A DNA stretch of 64,000 bases. Origin: a virus (Duplodnaviria > Caudoviricetes). Below the pieces are notes generated by a model. The model did not search any database. It was not told where the DNA came from and saw only the letters and a list, made by a program, of their open reading frames with translations. Positions within the stretch are counted from its first letter, which is position 1, and the number at the start of each line of letters is the position of its first letter. Positions 51,548-60,450 of this stretch are shown in pieces. Position numbers and translations under genes: made by a program. The DNA is taken from positions 1-64,000 of the IMG/VR virus record IMGVR_UViG_3300028591_000005; one strand, written 5' to 3'.

Positions 51548-51709
51548 ATGGCTAGAATATATGCTACATCTTGTGAAAAAGATGGTAAAAATTTTTATAC
51601 TGTACCAAAATCACTTCAGAATAAAGTTGCAGCAATTATAGCTGCAGATGGCTATATTATTCAGGATGATGGTACTGTTATACCAGCTCCTATTGACGAA
51701 GAAGAATAA
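51548..51709 (+). CDS. Small protein (53 aa, MARIYATSCE...), CD1375-like
   Basis: Hand-translated; SD gaggag; VPKSLQNKV motif; terminator 51718-51750 follows. Confidence 0.65.
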   Translation: MARIYATSCEKDGKNFYTVPKSLQNKVAAIIAADGYIIQDDGTVIPAPIDEEE

Positions 51710-52079
51710 AAGAAATAAGGGCAGATAAGAAGAATATCTTATCTGCCCTTGTAAAGATATCCATACAGATAGCTTCCAAGAATGAAAGGTTGTATGAACT
51801 TTACTTTATATAAATATTATAATAAAAATTTTGAAATTTTTCAATTTGATGATTCTTTTTATTTTTGTTAAATGAATTTTTTAATGAATAAAAATTGCAT
51901 AAAATCTTTGGACGAGAGCCAGGATTTTTTGCATATTTATGCAAAATTTTGTATAATTATTCATAAAAAAATTAATAAAAATTTTTTTAAAATTCATGAA
52001 AAATCACTATAAGAAAATTTGACTAGTTCAAAAATTTTTGATATAATATAAGTATAAAGAAGAAAGGACTTTTATTTTT

Positions 52080-52613
52080 ATGGCTAATATTTTGGCTATA
52101 GATGCATCTACTAAACGTACTGGATATGCCTTTTTTAAAGACAATCAGATACAATATGGTGCTATATCTAGTTCATCTACATCTCCAGAAAAAAGAATCG
52201 GAGTAATGAGAGATGAAATTCTTAAAATTATTAAACAAGAGAATATAGATACAATTATTATGGAAGAAGTGCGTCCTGACGGTATGAATCAACATACTGG
52301 AAAACTTCTTACATGGCTACAAGGATGCATTGTAGTGGCTGTATTTGAATATAATAAAAATATTAAAATTGATTTTATAGGTGCAAGTACTTGGAGAAGT
52401 CGTTTAGGCTTACAAGGATATAGAGTATTAAGGCAAAAACAAAAGGAAATAGATATTGATTTTGCTAATACTACTTATTGTTTAAAATTATCTGCGGAAA
52501 TGGATGATGAAGCAGATGCTATTTGTATATTAACTGCATATAAAAGAGATGCGGCGGCCCTTGCTAATAAGAAACCTAGTGGTTCGATTGGCGAAGAAGA
52601 AAGTGCGTTCTAA
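52080..52613 (+). CDS. ruvC: RuvC-like Holliday junction resolvase
   Basis: ILAIDAS..TGYA, IIMEE, DDEADAI catalytic motifs; sigmaA promoter 52019-52047. Confidence 0.88.
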   Translation: MANILAIDASTKRTGYAFFKDNQIQYGAISSSSTSPEKRIGVMRDEILKIIKQENIDTIIMEEVRPDGMNQHTGKLLTWLQGCIVVAVFEYNKNIKIDFIGASTWRSRLGLQGYRVLRQKQKEIDIDFANTTYCLKLSAEMDDEADAICILTAYKRDAAALANKKPSGSIGEEESAF

Positions 52614-52624
52614 AATTCTTTAGC

Positions 52625-52734
52625 TTGACATTTTCAAAAATTTTTGTTATAATATTTATAGAATAAAAAATATGTTACTGCTAAAGAATTTTTGGACAAA
52701 CGTAGTAAATTAATTACTTATATTTTTTATATTA
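52625..52734 (+). promoter_or_regulatory. Tandem promoters of the six-gene cassette (sigmaA plus fixed-spacing motif)
   Basis: TTGACA-17-TATAAT at 52625-52653; GGACAAA-N5-TAAAT-N16-TTATATTA at 52694-52734. Confidence 0.7.
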
Positions 52735-52927
52735 TTTAGAAGAAAGAAATTCTCTCTTTCTTTAATGCAAATTCTTTGCATTTAATTTTCCCTTTTATTT
52801 ATTTAATTTTATATTTCTTTCTAAATAGGGATTTTTATGCCTATTTATCAATTTGGATTTTTCTATCCAGGATCACACACTTTTTGTTTGAAAATTCTTA
52901 GAAGTAACGAGTTCTAAGGAGGAAAAA

Positions 52928-53386
52928 ATGAATAATTTTACGGCTAATTATGCCCAAAGAAACCAATTTTCCAATCCTTACTATAATGTAAACCCAACTT
53001 CAGTAGCCGGTGCTACAACGAACAATATCATATGGGTACAAGGAATTGAAGGTGCGAAGGCCTGGCAGCTTAATCCTAACAGTATGGTTATTTTATTAGA
53101 TAGCGAAGTTGAAGGGAAAATGTACATTAAGGTAAGTGACAATATTGGAATGAGTTCACTAAGAATTTTTAATTATGTAGAAGAAATACCTTCTACTAAT
53201 AATTCTGTAACTGTAAACAATGAATTGGATCTATCGCAATATGTGCGAAAAGATGAACTTCAAACATTGATAAAGGAGGTTATAGATAGTGAACAATCTA
53301 TATCAGGAACTGCGGAGGGGCCAAACTCAAGCAGCACAACCCCAGTTCCCGCAAAACCAAAGGTCGTTACCGTCCTTAAAAAGTAA
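52928..53386 (+). CDS. Cassette gene 1, hypothetical (WVQGIEGAKAW motif)
   Basis: SD aaggagg; N/Q/P-rich N-terminus. Confidence 0.85.
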   Translation: MNNFTANYAQRNQFSNPYYNVNPTSVAGATTNNIIWVQGIEGAKAWQLNPNSMVILLDSEVEGKMYIKVSDNIGMSSLRIFNYVEEIPSTNNSVTVNNELDLSQYVRKDELQTLIKEVIDSEQSISGTAEGPNSSSTTPVPAKPKVVTVLKK

Positions 53387-53576
53387 TATGACTCAAATTC
53401 AAGAACTTCTTAAAAATTCTAATCCTAATTCTATTGTTCAAACTCTTCTGAACAACAATCCAAAAATGAAAAACATTATGCAATTAATGAATTCAAGCGG
53501 AATGACTCCTAAACAATTCTTTTATCAATATGCACAACAGAATGGCATAGATCCAGAACAATTTCTTAACTCATAG
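53289..53576 (+). CDS. Cassette gene 2, Q/N/M-rich small helical protein
   Basis: GTG start with SD aaggagg; overlaps gene 1 by 98 nt in another frame. Confidence 0.75.
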   Translation: MNNLYQELRRGQTQAAQPQFPQNQRSLPSLKSNMTQIQELLKNSNPNSIVQTLLNNNPKMKNIMQLMNSSGMTPKQFFYQYAQQNGIDPEQFLNS

Positions 53577-53588
53577 GAGGTAAATAAT

Positions 53589-54299
53589 ATGGGTGAAAGT
53601 GGACTTAGTGCTAGTGATGTTGCTTTATTAAGTGATAAGAATGGAATGGGCTGTTTTGGAGATTCTTCTTTCTTTTGGATTTTTGCATTATTAATTCTTG
53701 CAGGTGGCGGCTTCGGCGGACTTAACTGGGGAAATAATGGACTTGCTAATGCTATTGGTTATGAAAATTTAGCTACTTCGAATGAAGTTCAGAGAGGCTT
53801 TGATAATCAGAATTCTATGGCTAATCAGAGAGAAATTCTTGCAGCTGTAAATGATGCTTCTGCAAGAGGTATTGCTACTACAAATCAAGTTTATCACGAT
53901 GTAGTTTCTTATATTGGAGATAAATATTCTGAATTAGATAGAGACATTTTAGGAGTAGGTTCTGCTGTTCAGCAGTCAATAGCAAATCAGAATGAATGCT
54001 GCTGCTCAACTAAAATGCTTATTCAGGGTGTTGCTGCAGAGACTAATGCAAATATTGCACAGAATCGTTATGATGCAGCTCTCAATACTGCAGCTATTAA
54101 TGCTAATACTACAGCACAGACTCAAAAGATTCTCGATGCAATCACAGGAAATAGAATGGCAGATATGCAGCAACAGATAAATGCACTTGAGCTTCAGAAT
54201 CAACTTGCTTCTGTTGTACGTTATCCTAACAATACTTTTTACGCTGTACCATCTCCTTGTTTTAATACAGGATGTGGATGCGGATGCGGAAATATCTGA
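53589..54299 (+). CDS. Cassette gene 3, Cys-rich membrane-associated coiled-coil protein
   Basis: FFWIFALLILAGGGFGG hydrophobic segment, N/Q/A heptads, ECCCS and CGCGCG; hairpin 54319-54345 after. Confidence 0.88.
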   Translation: MGESGLSASDVALLSDKNGMGCFGDSSFFWIFALLILAGGGFGGLNWGNNGLANAIGYENLATSNEVQRGFDNQNSMANQREILAAVNDASARGIATTNQVYHDVVSYIGDKYSELDRDILGVGSAVQQSIANQNECCCSTKMLIQGVAAETNANIAQNRYDAALNTAAINANTTAQTQKILDAITGNRMADMQQQINALELQNQLASVVRYPNNTFYAVPSPCFNTGCGCGCGNI

Positions 54300-54371
54300 T
54301 GAATAATTAATTAGGCTAGGGCGTCGTGTCTTAGACCGACGCCCGCACTTTATTTTTAAGGAGGAAAACTA

Positions 54372-54779
54372 ATGAGTAAATCAGCTATATATACTGCGAA
54401 TATGGCATCACAAGATGTTGCTATTGACGGAGTTATTAATCCAGGAACAGTAGTTAGACGTTTTGGGCCAAATGTGGCATTATCTGGAAATGCAATTCAA
54501 ATTTGTGGTCAAGGATATTATGATGTAGACGCTAGTATTACAGTAGCGCCAACTGCAGTTGGTAATGTAACAATTACTATGTATAAAGATGGAGTTCCAG
54601 TGCAAGGCGCGACTGCAACTGGATCGACCTCTACAGCAGATAATCCTATTAATTTATCAATTACATCTATGGTAAGAGAATTTTGCGGATGCTGCAATAG
54701 TATTTCTAATCTTACTTTTGTTTTAACAGGTACCGATTCTGAAGTATCCAATGTTTCTATTGTAGTAGAAAAATTATAA
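54372..54779 (+). CDS. Cassette gene 4, BclA-CTD/C1q-like beta-sandwich
   Basis: GYYDVDASIT..VTITMYKDGVPV..NVSIVVEKL pattern; CGCC. Confidence 0.65.
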   Translation: MSKSAIYTANMASQDVAIDGVINPGTVVRRFGPNVALSGNAIQICGQGYYDVDASITVAPTAVGNVTITMYKDGVPVQGATATGSTSTADNPINLSITSMVREFCGCCNSISNLTFVLTGTDSEVSNVSIVVEKL

Positions 54780-54802
54780 TAATCTTATAAAAGGAGGTAT
54801 CT

Positions 54803-55366
54803 ATGACAATAGAGGAAATCTTTAGCAATATAAGTCAGCATATGATTGAAGGTCTTATGGTACATTCTCAATTAAGTGATTACTTTGCTTTTATAGGATT
54901 AGACGGATATCAAGAATGTCATAAATATCATTATTTTGAAGAAAATAGTAATTATAAAAAGATATGCGATTATTATTTACATCATTATAATAAATTGATT
55001 TTAGATTTACCTTTTAAGAATCCTGCGGTTATCCCTACAAATTGGTATCAATATAATCGTCAAGATGTAAGTGCTCAAACAAGAAAAACCGCTGTTCAAC
55101 TAGCTTTTGAAACATGGGTTAATTGGGAAAAGGACACTAAAAAATTATATGAAAGATTATATCAAGAATTAATTAATTTAAATGAAATCGCTAGTGCAAA
55201 AGAAATATCTAAATATATTATTGATGTTGATGGAGAATTAAAAGAAGCTTATCAAGAACATCTTGAGTTATCTGCAATAGATTATGATATTTTAAATATA
55301 ATGCAAGAACAAAAAGATATAAAAAAGAAATATCATAAAAAATTAAAGGAGATTAGTTATGATTGA
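54803..55366 (+). CDS. Cassette gene 5, ferritin-like four-helix protein
   Basis: HSQLSDYFAFIGLDGYQECHKYHYFEE and WEKDTKKLY align by eye to ferritin helices A-C. Confidence 0.65.
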   Translation: MTIEEIFSNISQHMIEGLMVHSQLSDYFAFIGLDGYQECHKYHYFEENSNYKKICDYYLHHYNKLILDLPFKNPAVIPTNWYQYNRQDVSAQTRKTAVQLAFETWVNWEKDTKKLYERLYQELINLNEIASAKEISKYIIDVDGELKEAYQEHLELSAIDYDILNIMQEQKDIKKKYHKKLKEISYD

Positions 55367-55529
55367 TATAAATGAAATAAATGAAGAAATTCATAAATTA
55401 GAAAATAGTAATTGTACAACTTATGATATATGTAAGAAATTGGCAATATTATATATTGTAAGAGATCATTATTCTAAAACAATGACTACTCAAACTAATT
55501 CTATGATGAAAACTGCTGCCTCAATTTAA
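55359..55529 (+). CDS. Cassette gene 6, small protein (56 aa, MIDINEINEEIHKLE...)
   Basis: Hand-translated; SD aaggag; coupled to gene 5. Confidence 0.7.
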   Translation: MIDINEINEEIHKLENSNCTTYDICKKLAILYIVRDHYSKTMTTQTNSMMKTAASI

Positions 55530-55531
55530 AT

Positions 55532-55576
55532 AAAAAAAAATGCCTTGCTATATTAAAATAGCAAGGCATTTTTTTA
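55532..55576. terminator. Bidirectional terminator
   Basis: A-run atgccttgctat/atagcaaggcat T-run between convergent operons. Confidence 0.85.
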
Positions 55577-55585
55577 TGCTTATTT

Positions 55586-56020
55586 TTATTTAGCACCAGT
55601 GCTTCCAAAACCGCCATCTCCGCGTTCTGTATTGCTAAGTTCATTAACTATTTGAAAATTATTAATTTTAAAATAGGGAATAAGAACTAATTGGGCTATG
55701 CGGGAACCGGCAGTTACCATTTGATGTTCAGTCGAGTCATTATGTAATGCGACTATTAATTCTCCACGATAATCTGAATCTATAACGCCTACAGCATTAG
55801 CAGGACGAAGTCCTTGTTTAGTAGCAATACCGCTCCTTGCAAAAATAGCTCCAAATAATCCTGAAGGTATTTCAACTGCAATTCCAGTTCCTATCTTTAC
55901 TGTTTCATGAGGTGCAATTGTTATATCTTTATCAGTTGCTGCATATAAATCCCATCCAGCAGCCTCTTCACTTCCTCTTGTAGGAATTTTTGCTAAATCA
56001 TTTAATAATTTAATCTTCAT
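55586..56020 (-). CDS. dut: Trimeric dUTPase
   Basis: AAGWDL, ARSG, GVIDSDYRGE, RIAQL, RGDGGFGSTG. Confidence 0.97.
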   Translation of the reverse strand: MKIKLLNDLAKIPTRGSEEAAGWDLYAATDKDITIAPHETVKIGTGIAVEIPSGLFGAIFARSGIATKQGLRPANAVGVIDSDYRGELIVALHNDSTEHQMVTAGSRIAQLVLIPYFKINNFQIVNELSNTERGDGGFGSTGAK

Positions 56021-56297
56021 TTTCCTCTCCTACTGGCTCAGGAAACACCCCATCTTCAACATGGTAATTAACTTCAACAGTTCTATCAGGTTCTTTTATA
56101 TCATTAAATACTTTTGTTAATGTAAGTTTATAAAAAGTATCTACAACTTCACCTTTTGATTTTCTTTCTTTATATTCACTAACATATTTAGTAAGAGTAA
56201 ATCTTTTATCTTTTTTATTCTCTTCAATAAAATCTTTAACTTCTTTTTCAGTATCTACTCGATATGTTTCACAGGTACTTATAAGAAATTTTGACAT
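56010..56297 (-). CDS. Hypothetical protein (95 aa)
   Basis: ORF coupled to dut. Confidence 0.75.
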   Translation of the reverse strand: MSKFLISTCETYRVDTEKEVKDFIEENKKDKRFTLTKYVSEYKERKSKGEVVDTFYKLTLTKVFNDIKEPDRTVEVNYHVEDGVFPEPVGEENED

Positions 56298-57051
56298 TAT
56301 TAGAATCTCCTTTCAATTCTGTTTCAAATTCTTCTATTAATTTTCTTACTTGAGAAAAATCATTATTTTGAGGTCTATCTAAATTTTTAGGAATTAATTT
56401 TAATAATGGAATATTGTTATTTATACAATATTCTTCTTTTTGTAAATCATATTTTTGTCGTTGTTCAAGTGGTACTTTATTAAACACAGAAAATTCTTTA
56501 AAATGCTGAGGACCTTGATATTCTATTAAGTAAAATAATTGATTATTATAAAAAATTGCAAAATCAAATCTTAATCTATTACCTTTATCACTTATAAGAT
56601 TATCAAAAGTATACTCTTTAATAAAAGAAATTTGTTGTTCATTAAGATATTTTTGAATACTTTGTTCTCCCATGGATTTCATACACCCACAAGATTTAGT
56701 ATCCCCATTCCTTAATCTTCTTCCACTAATAGATTTAATAGTACCACATAATTGACATTCACAAATCCAATGAATGCTATTGTCATTAAACTCTTTTGCA
56801 GGAGTTTGATCTTGTCTTAAAACTTTTAAAAATCCATAAATTTTTCCAGTTTCATCAATATAATTATTACAATGCTTACCACAAGAAGTTCTTTTTCCAG
56901 CTCTTAATTCGCTTCCATTAAAAATTTTTTGTTCACCACAAGAGCATTGACAAAGCCACATGGTTTTTCTCATATTTGATTCTCGAATGGGTTTTAAAAC
57001 TTTTAAAGCACCATAAATATTTCCTGTTTCATCTATAAGAGGTCTTGGCAT
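56269..57051 (-). CDS. Free-standing homing-endonuclease-like protein
   Basis: Two DETGxIYGxLKVL..WxCxC..CG repeats plus SMGE..LRFDF..IEYQGPQHF nuclease domain. Confidence 0.8.
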   Translation of the reverse strand: MPRPLIDETGNIYGALKVLKPIRESNMRKTMWLCQCSCGEQKIFNGSELRAGKRTSCGKHCNNYIDETGKIYGFLKVLRQDQTPAKEFNDNSIHWICECQLCGTIKSISGRRLRNGDTKSCGCMKSMGEQSIQKYLNEQQISFIKEYTFDNLISDKGNRLRFDFAIFYNNQLFYLIEYQGPQHFKEFSVFNKVPLEQRQKYDLQKEEYCINNNIPLLKLIPKNLDRPQNNDFSQVRKLIEEFETELKGDSNNVKISYKYL

Positions 57052-57065
57052 TTTATACCCCCTCT

Positions 57066-57335
57066 TTATCTCTCAATAATATTAATTTCTTTTGCTTCGT
57101 AATCATAGTCTGTTATTAATTCATTTTTAAATTTCATAACAAAATCTCGATTTCCGCATAAATTAATTCTATGCACATCATACATAGCACAATATCCATT
57201 AATATCATTTGTTACTTCATCAAGAGGTACGAAATCTTGTTTTACACATTCTCCATTTACATATATGTCAATTTCTTGTAATACCATAAATGGATGGAAA
57301 TTAACTATTAAATTATTAATATTCTTTTTATTCAT
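57066..57335 (-). CDS. Hypothetical protein (89 aa)
   Basis: ORF in operon. Confidence 0.7.
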   Translation of the reverse strand: MNKKNINNLIVNFHPFMVLQEIDIYVNGECVKQDFVPLDEVTNDINGYCAMYDVHRINLCGNRDFVMKFKNELITDYDYEAKEINIIER

Positions 57336-57338
57336 AAT

Positions 57339-57692
57339 TTAATCCTTTATATCTATAATTGCATTAGAATAGTCAAACAAATAATAAGCAAAATTTTCTT
57401 CTGTTTCAGGATCTCTAATCCAAATTTCATATGCTCCATCAGGCTGCTTGTCTATTAGAAGAACAAGTCCTCTATTCTTTAATGTAGGAATTAATTCTTT
57501 TACAACCTTTTTACTCTCATCTGTATCTACTGTGCGGAAGACTGTAAAATCATTTCTTTCTCTACACAAGAGCATCCAATAATCTTTTTCAAGCATTTTG
57601 GTTGCAACTTCGCATACTTTGCGATTGAAATTAATAGGATCCATAGGAACTTCATTAGCTATCATTTGTTTAGCCGCTTCATAAAGTGTCAT
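57339..57692 (-). CDS. Hypothetical protein (117 aa)
   Basis: SD aaggag; sigmaA promoter 57722-57750. Confidence 0.8.
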   Translation of the reverse strand: MTLYEAAKQMIANEVPMDPINFNRKVCEVATKMLEKDYWMLLCRERNDFTVFRTVDTDESKKVVKELIPTLKNRGLVLLIDKQPDGAYEIWIRDPETEENFAYYLFDYSNAIIDIKD

Positions 57693-57727
57693 TTAAAAAT
57701 CTCCTTTTATTTTATATAAATATTATA

Positions 57728-59986
57728 TCATAATTTTTGAGATTTGTCAAATTGATATTGTTTACTATGAACATATCTATCTTTAACTTCTGCTTGTTTA
57801 CCTTTGTTGAATGCGGTTAGATAGTCGCCAGTGAGGTAGCCAGTCACCCGACGCAAACGTTGAATCTTATTGCATCCACACTCAGGACATTCTGCATCAA
57901 TTAATCCAGTATATCCGCATTCAGTACATAGATCATTAGGAAGATTTACTGCAAAATAAGGTATATCATGATCCATAGCATAATTAACAACAGTTTCAAG
58001 TGCATCAAGATTATCAATTACCGCACTTTCAAATTCTACATATGTAATACATCCCGCAGAACTATAACCTGTTAATTGAGATTCAATATCAATTTTTTCA
58101 AAAGGAGATATTTCTTTCCAAACAGGAACGTGCATACTGTTTGTAAAATAATCTCTATCACTTATATCTGGTATTTCTCCATATTTAGCTTTAAATTTCT
58201 GCATTGCAGTATAGCAAAGATTTTCTGCTGGAGTATAATATACACCAAAGTTAAGTTTATATTCCTCTTTAAATTTAGCGCAGCGATCTTTAAATAGCTG
58301 TTCGATACGCTTAGCTAATTCCATTCCTTTTGGTTCTGTATGATCACAACCGATAAGAATCTGAAGTGTTTCAGCAAGACCTATCTGACCTATAGCAAGA
58401 GTCCCATGTTTAAGGGCAGAACGGATTCCTTCTTCGGGAATATATCCAGCCATAGTTCCATTTTCATACATAAACTTCGCGGAAGATGGATCTTGTGAGC
58501 AGATATATTCAAAACGCTCAATAAGCATATCTCTAGCATCATGGATCATTTCGTCAAGAAGCTCCATAAAGCAACGCTCAAGTCGCTCTGGAAATGTAAT
58601 TATATCATAGCCTTTTTGCCATGCTAATTCTTTTGCTTCCATTGCTATTGTTGGAAGAATTATAGTCACAGGGCATATATTGCCACGTCCATCTTTAAGC
58701 TGGCCAAAACCATTTATATCCCAGCCATTCGCTGTGCGGCACCCCATTGTGGAGAAATAAGTCCTAGGGTCATTCTTATCATAACCTGCATTCCCGCTCC
58801 AATCGCAGTTAGCATAGTTAGGGTAGAGTCTTAATGCAGTAGATTTAAGTGCTAATCTATATAAATCATAATTTGGATCTCCAGGTTTACGATTAACACC
58901 ATTCATAAGTTGAAAAATACCACAAGGGAAAATAGGAGTTCTATGAAACTTACCTACTCCTTTAATACTTCCTTCAAGAAGTGCTTTAATTACCATTCTA
59001 CCTTCAGGTAAGGTACAAGTACCATAATTTATTGAGGTAAAAGGTAACTGATTTCCGGATCTAGACTGAAGAGTATTAAGGTTATGATACATTCCTTCAG
59101 CAGCTTGTCGAAGTTCTTTGGTAGTCATATCTATAGCATATTGATATGCATTAGGCTGTTCTTTATATAAAGAACTTTCAATAGATATTTTGTATAATTC
59201 TTCTTTATCATAAATTATTGAGTTGTTAGAAAAATATTTAATTCCATCTAAAAAGTGTTTAGCAAATGACCTTCTTACATATGGAACCATTGTCCAATCT
59301 AAGTGTGTCGCAGAAACGCCGCCAAATTGCTGTAAAGATTGTAACTGAAAGATTACTGCAACTAATTGAAATGCAGTATTAACACTATTCGCAGGACGAA
59401 TATCTGTTTGTCTTGTGTTAAATCCATTTGCAAGTAGATCGTCAAAAGGAACAGACAAGCAGTTATGCATACCAATAGCATAACTATCTAAGTCATGAAT
59501 ATAAATTTCATTATTTAGATGTCTTTCTCTTGATTTCTTAGACATACAATTATCAAGAGCAAATTCTTTCATTAAGACAGAATCAGCTTCGCCCTTGCGC
59601 CCACCAAAACTATGTTCATCAACATTTGCATTTTGGTTCTGAACATTACTAGCCTGAAGTTTTTCTTTAATAACCGACATCATATGGTTATTCCATTTCC
59701 GCTCATTATCTCTATCATGGCGGTATTCGATATATGCGGTTGCTACATCTTTTCTTTTAGTAGCCATAAGCCCATGTTCAACAAGAGATTGAATGTCATC
59801 TATTGTTAATTCATTGGGAGCGCCTTCCATATAACCTTCAATATAATCAGCTATATTCTGAGCCTTTTCTTCAGCATAGTCTGATGATTTTCCATCAACT
59901 GCAATAAAAGCTTTCATTACCGCATCTTTTATTTTCTGTGGATTGAATGGTTGACGAACACCATCTCTTTTAATTATATAATACAT
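57728..59986 (-). CDS. nrdD: Anaerobic (class III) ribonucleotide reductase with ATP cone
   Basis: IIKRDG ATP cone, IYIHDLD..HNC, MGCR, TPAE, CxxC-CxxC, RVTGYL glycyl-radical motif. Confidence 0.97.
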   Translation of the reverse strand: MYYIIKRDGVRQPFNPQKIKDAVMKAFIAVDGKSSDYAEEKAQNIADYIEGYMEGAPNELTIDDIQSLVEHGLMATKRKDVATAYIEYRHDRDNERKWNNHMMSVIKEKLQASNVQNQNANVDEHSFGGRKGEADSVLMKEFALDNCMSKKSRERHLNNEIYIHDLDSYAIGMHNCLSVPFDDLLANGFNTRQTDIRPANSVNTAFQLVAVIFQLQSLQQFGGVSATHLDWTMVPYVRRSFAKHFLDGIKYFSNNSIIYDKEELYKISIESSLYKEQPNAYQYAIDMTTKELRQAAEGMYHNLNTLQSRSGNQLPFTSINYGTCTLPEGRMVIKALLEGSIKGVGKFHRTPIFPCGIFQLMNGVNRKPGDPNYDLYRLALKSTALRLYPNYANCDWSGNAGYDKNDPRTYFSTMGCRTANGWDINGFGQLKDGRGNICPVTIILPTIAMEAKELAWQKGYDIITFPERLERCFMELLDEMIHDARDMLIERFEYICSQDPSSAKFMYENGTMAGYIPEEGIRSALKHGTLAIGQIGLAETLQILIGCDHTEPKGMELAKRIEQLFKDRCAKFKEEYKLNFGVYYTPAENLCYTAMQKFKAKYGEIPDISDRDYFTNSMHVPVWKEISPFEKIDIESQLTGYSSAGCITYVEFESAVIDNLDALETVVNYAMDHDIPYFAVNLPNDLCTECGYTGLIDAECPECGCNKIQRLRRVTGYLTGDYLTAFNKGKQAEVKDRYVHSKQYQFDKSQKL

Positions 59987-60095
59987 ATTTTCCTCCTAGA
60001 TATTGTTATTTTAAGGATTATAATATATATAAAAATTACAATATATTGATTAATCAGTTTTGTTATAACAGTATTGTTATTTATTATCTTTATTA

Positions 60096-60449
60096 TCAAC
60101 ACCATACTTGAGGAGGTGCAGGAGGGTATGGAGTAGTTGATAGGGGCTGAAATTGATTATTAGGATCTGTATTTATAATTTTCATTGTAGATGGTATTAT
60201 AGTAGAATTCTTTTCTTTTTCTTCTAATTCTTTATATTTTCTCATATACCAGTCAGATTTCTTTAAATCTTCTTCACCATTCTTATCTGACGCACGATAT
60301 CTATACTTCCATACATTACAAAGGCAGAAATTCTTTACAGCTTCAACACCAAAGACGAGAACCATTTCGTCAATAGACTCCATACCGCCTTCTCTACAAT
60401 AATGTTTAGGATGATTAACTACATCATTTTCATTTGGGGATAATGCCAT
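60096..60449 (-). CDS. DUF3310 family protein (nucleotide-kinase-like)
   Basis: VNHPKHY..ESID..NVWKYRYR..KNGEEDLKKSDWY. Confidence 0.85.
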   Translation of the reverse strand: MALSPNENDVVNHPKHYCREGGMESIDEMVLVFGVEAVKNFCLCNVWKYRYRASDKNGEEDLKKSDWYMRKYKELEEKEKNSTIIPSTMKIINTDPNNQFQPLSTTPYPPAPPQVWC

Positions 60450-60450
60450 A

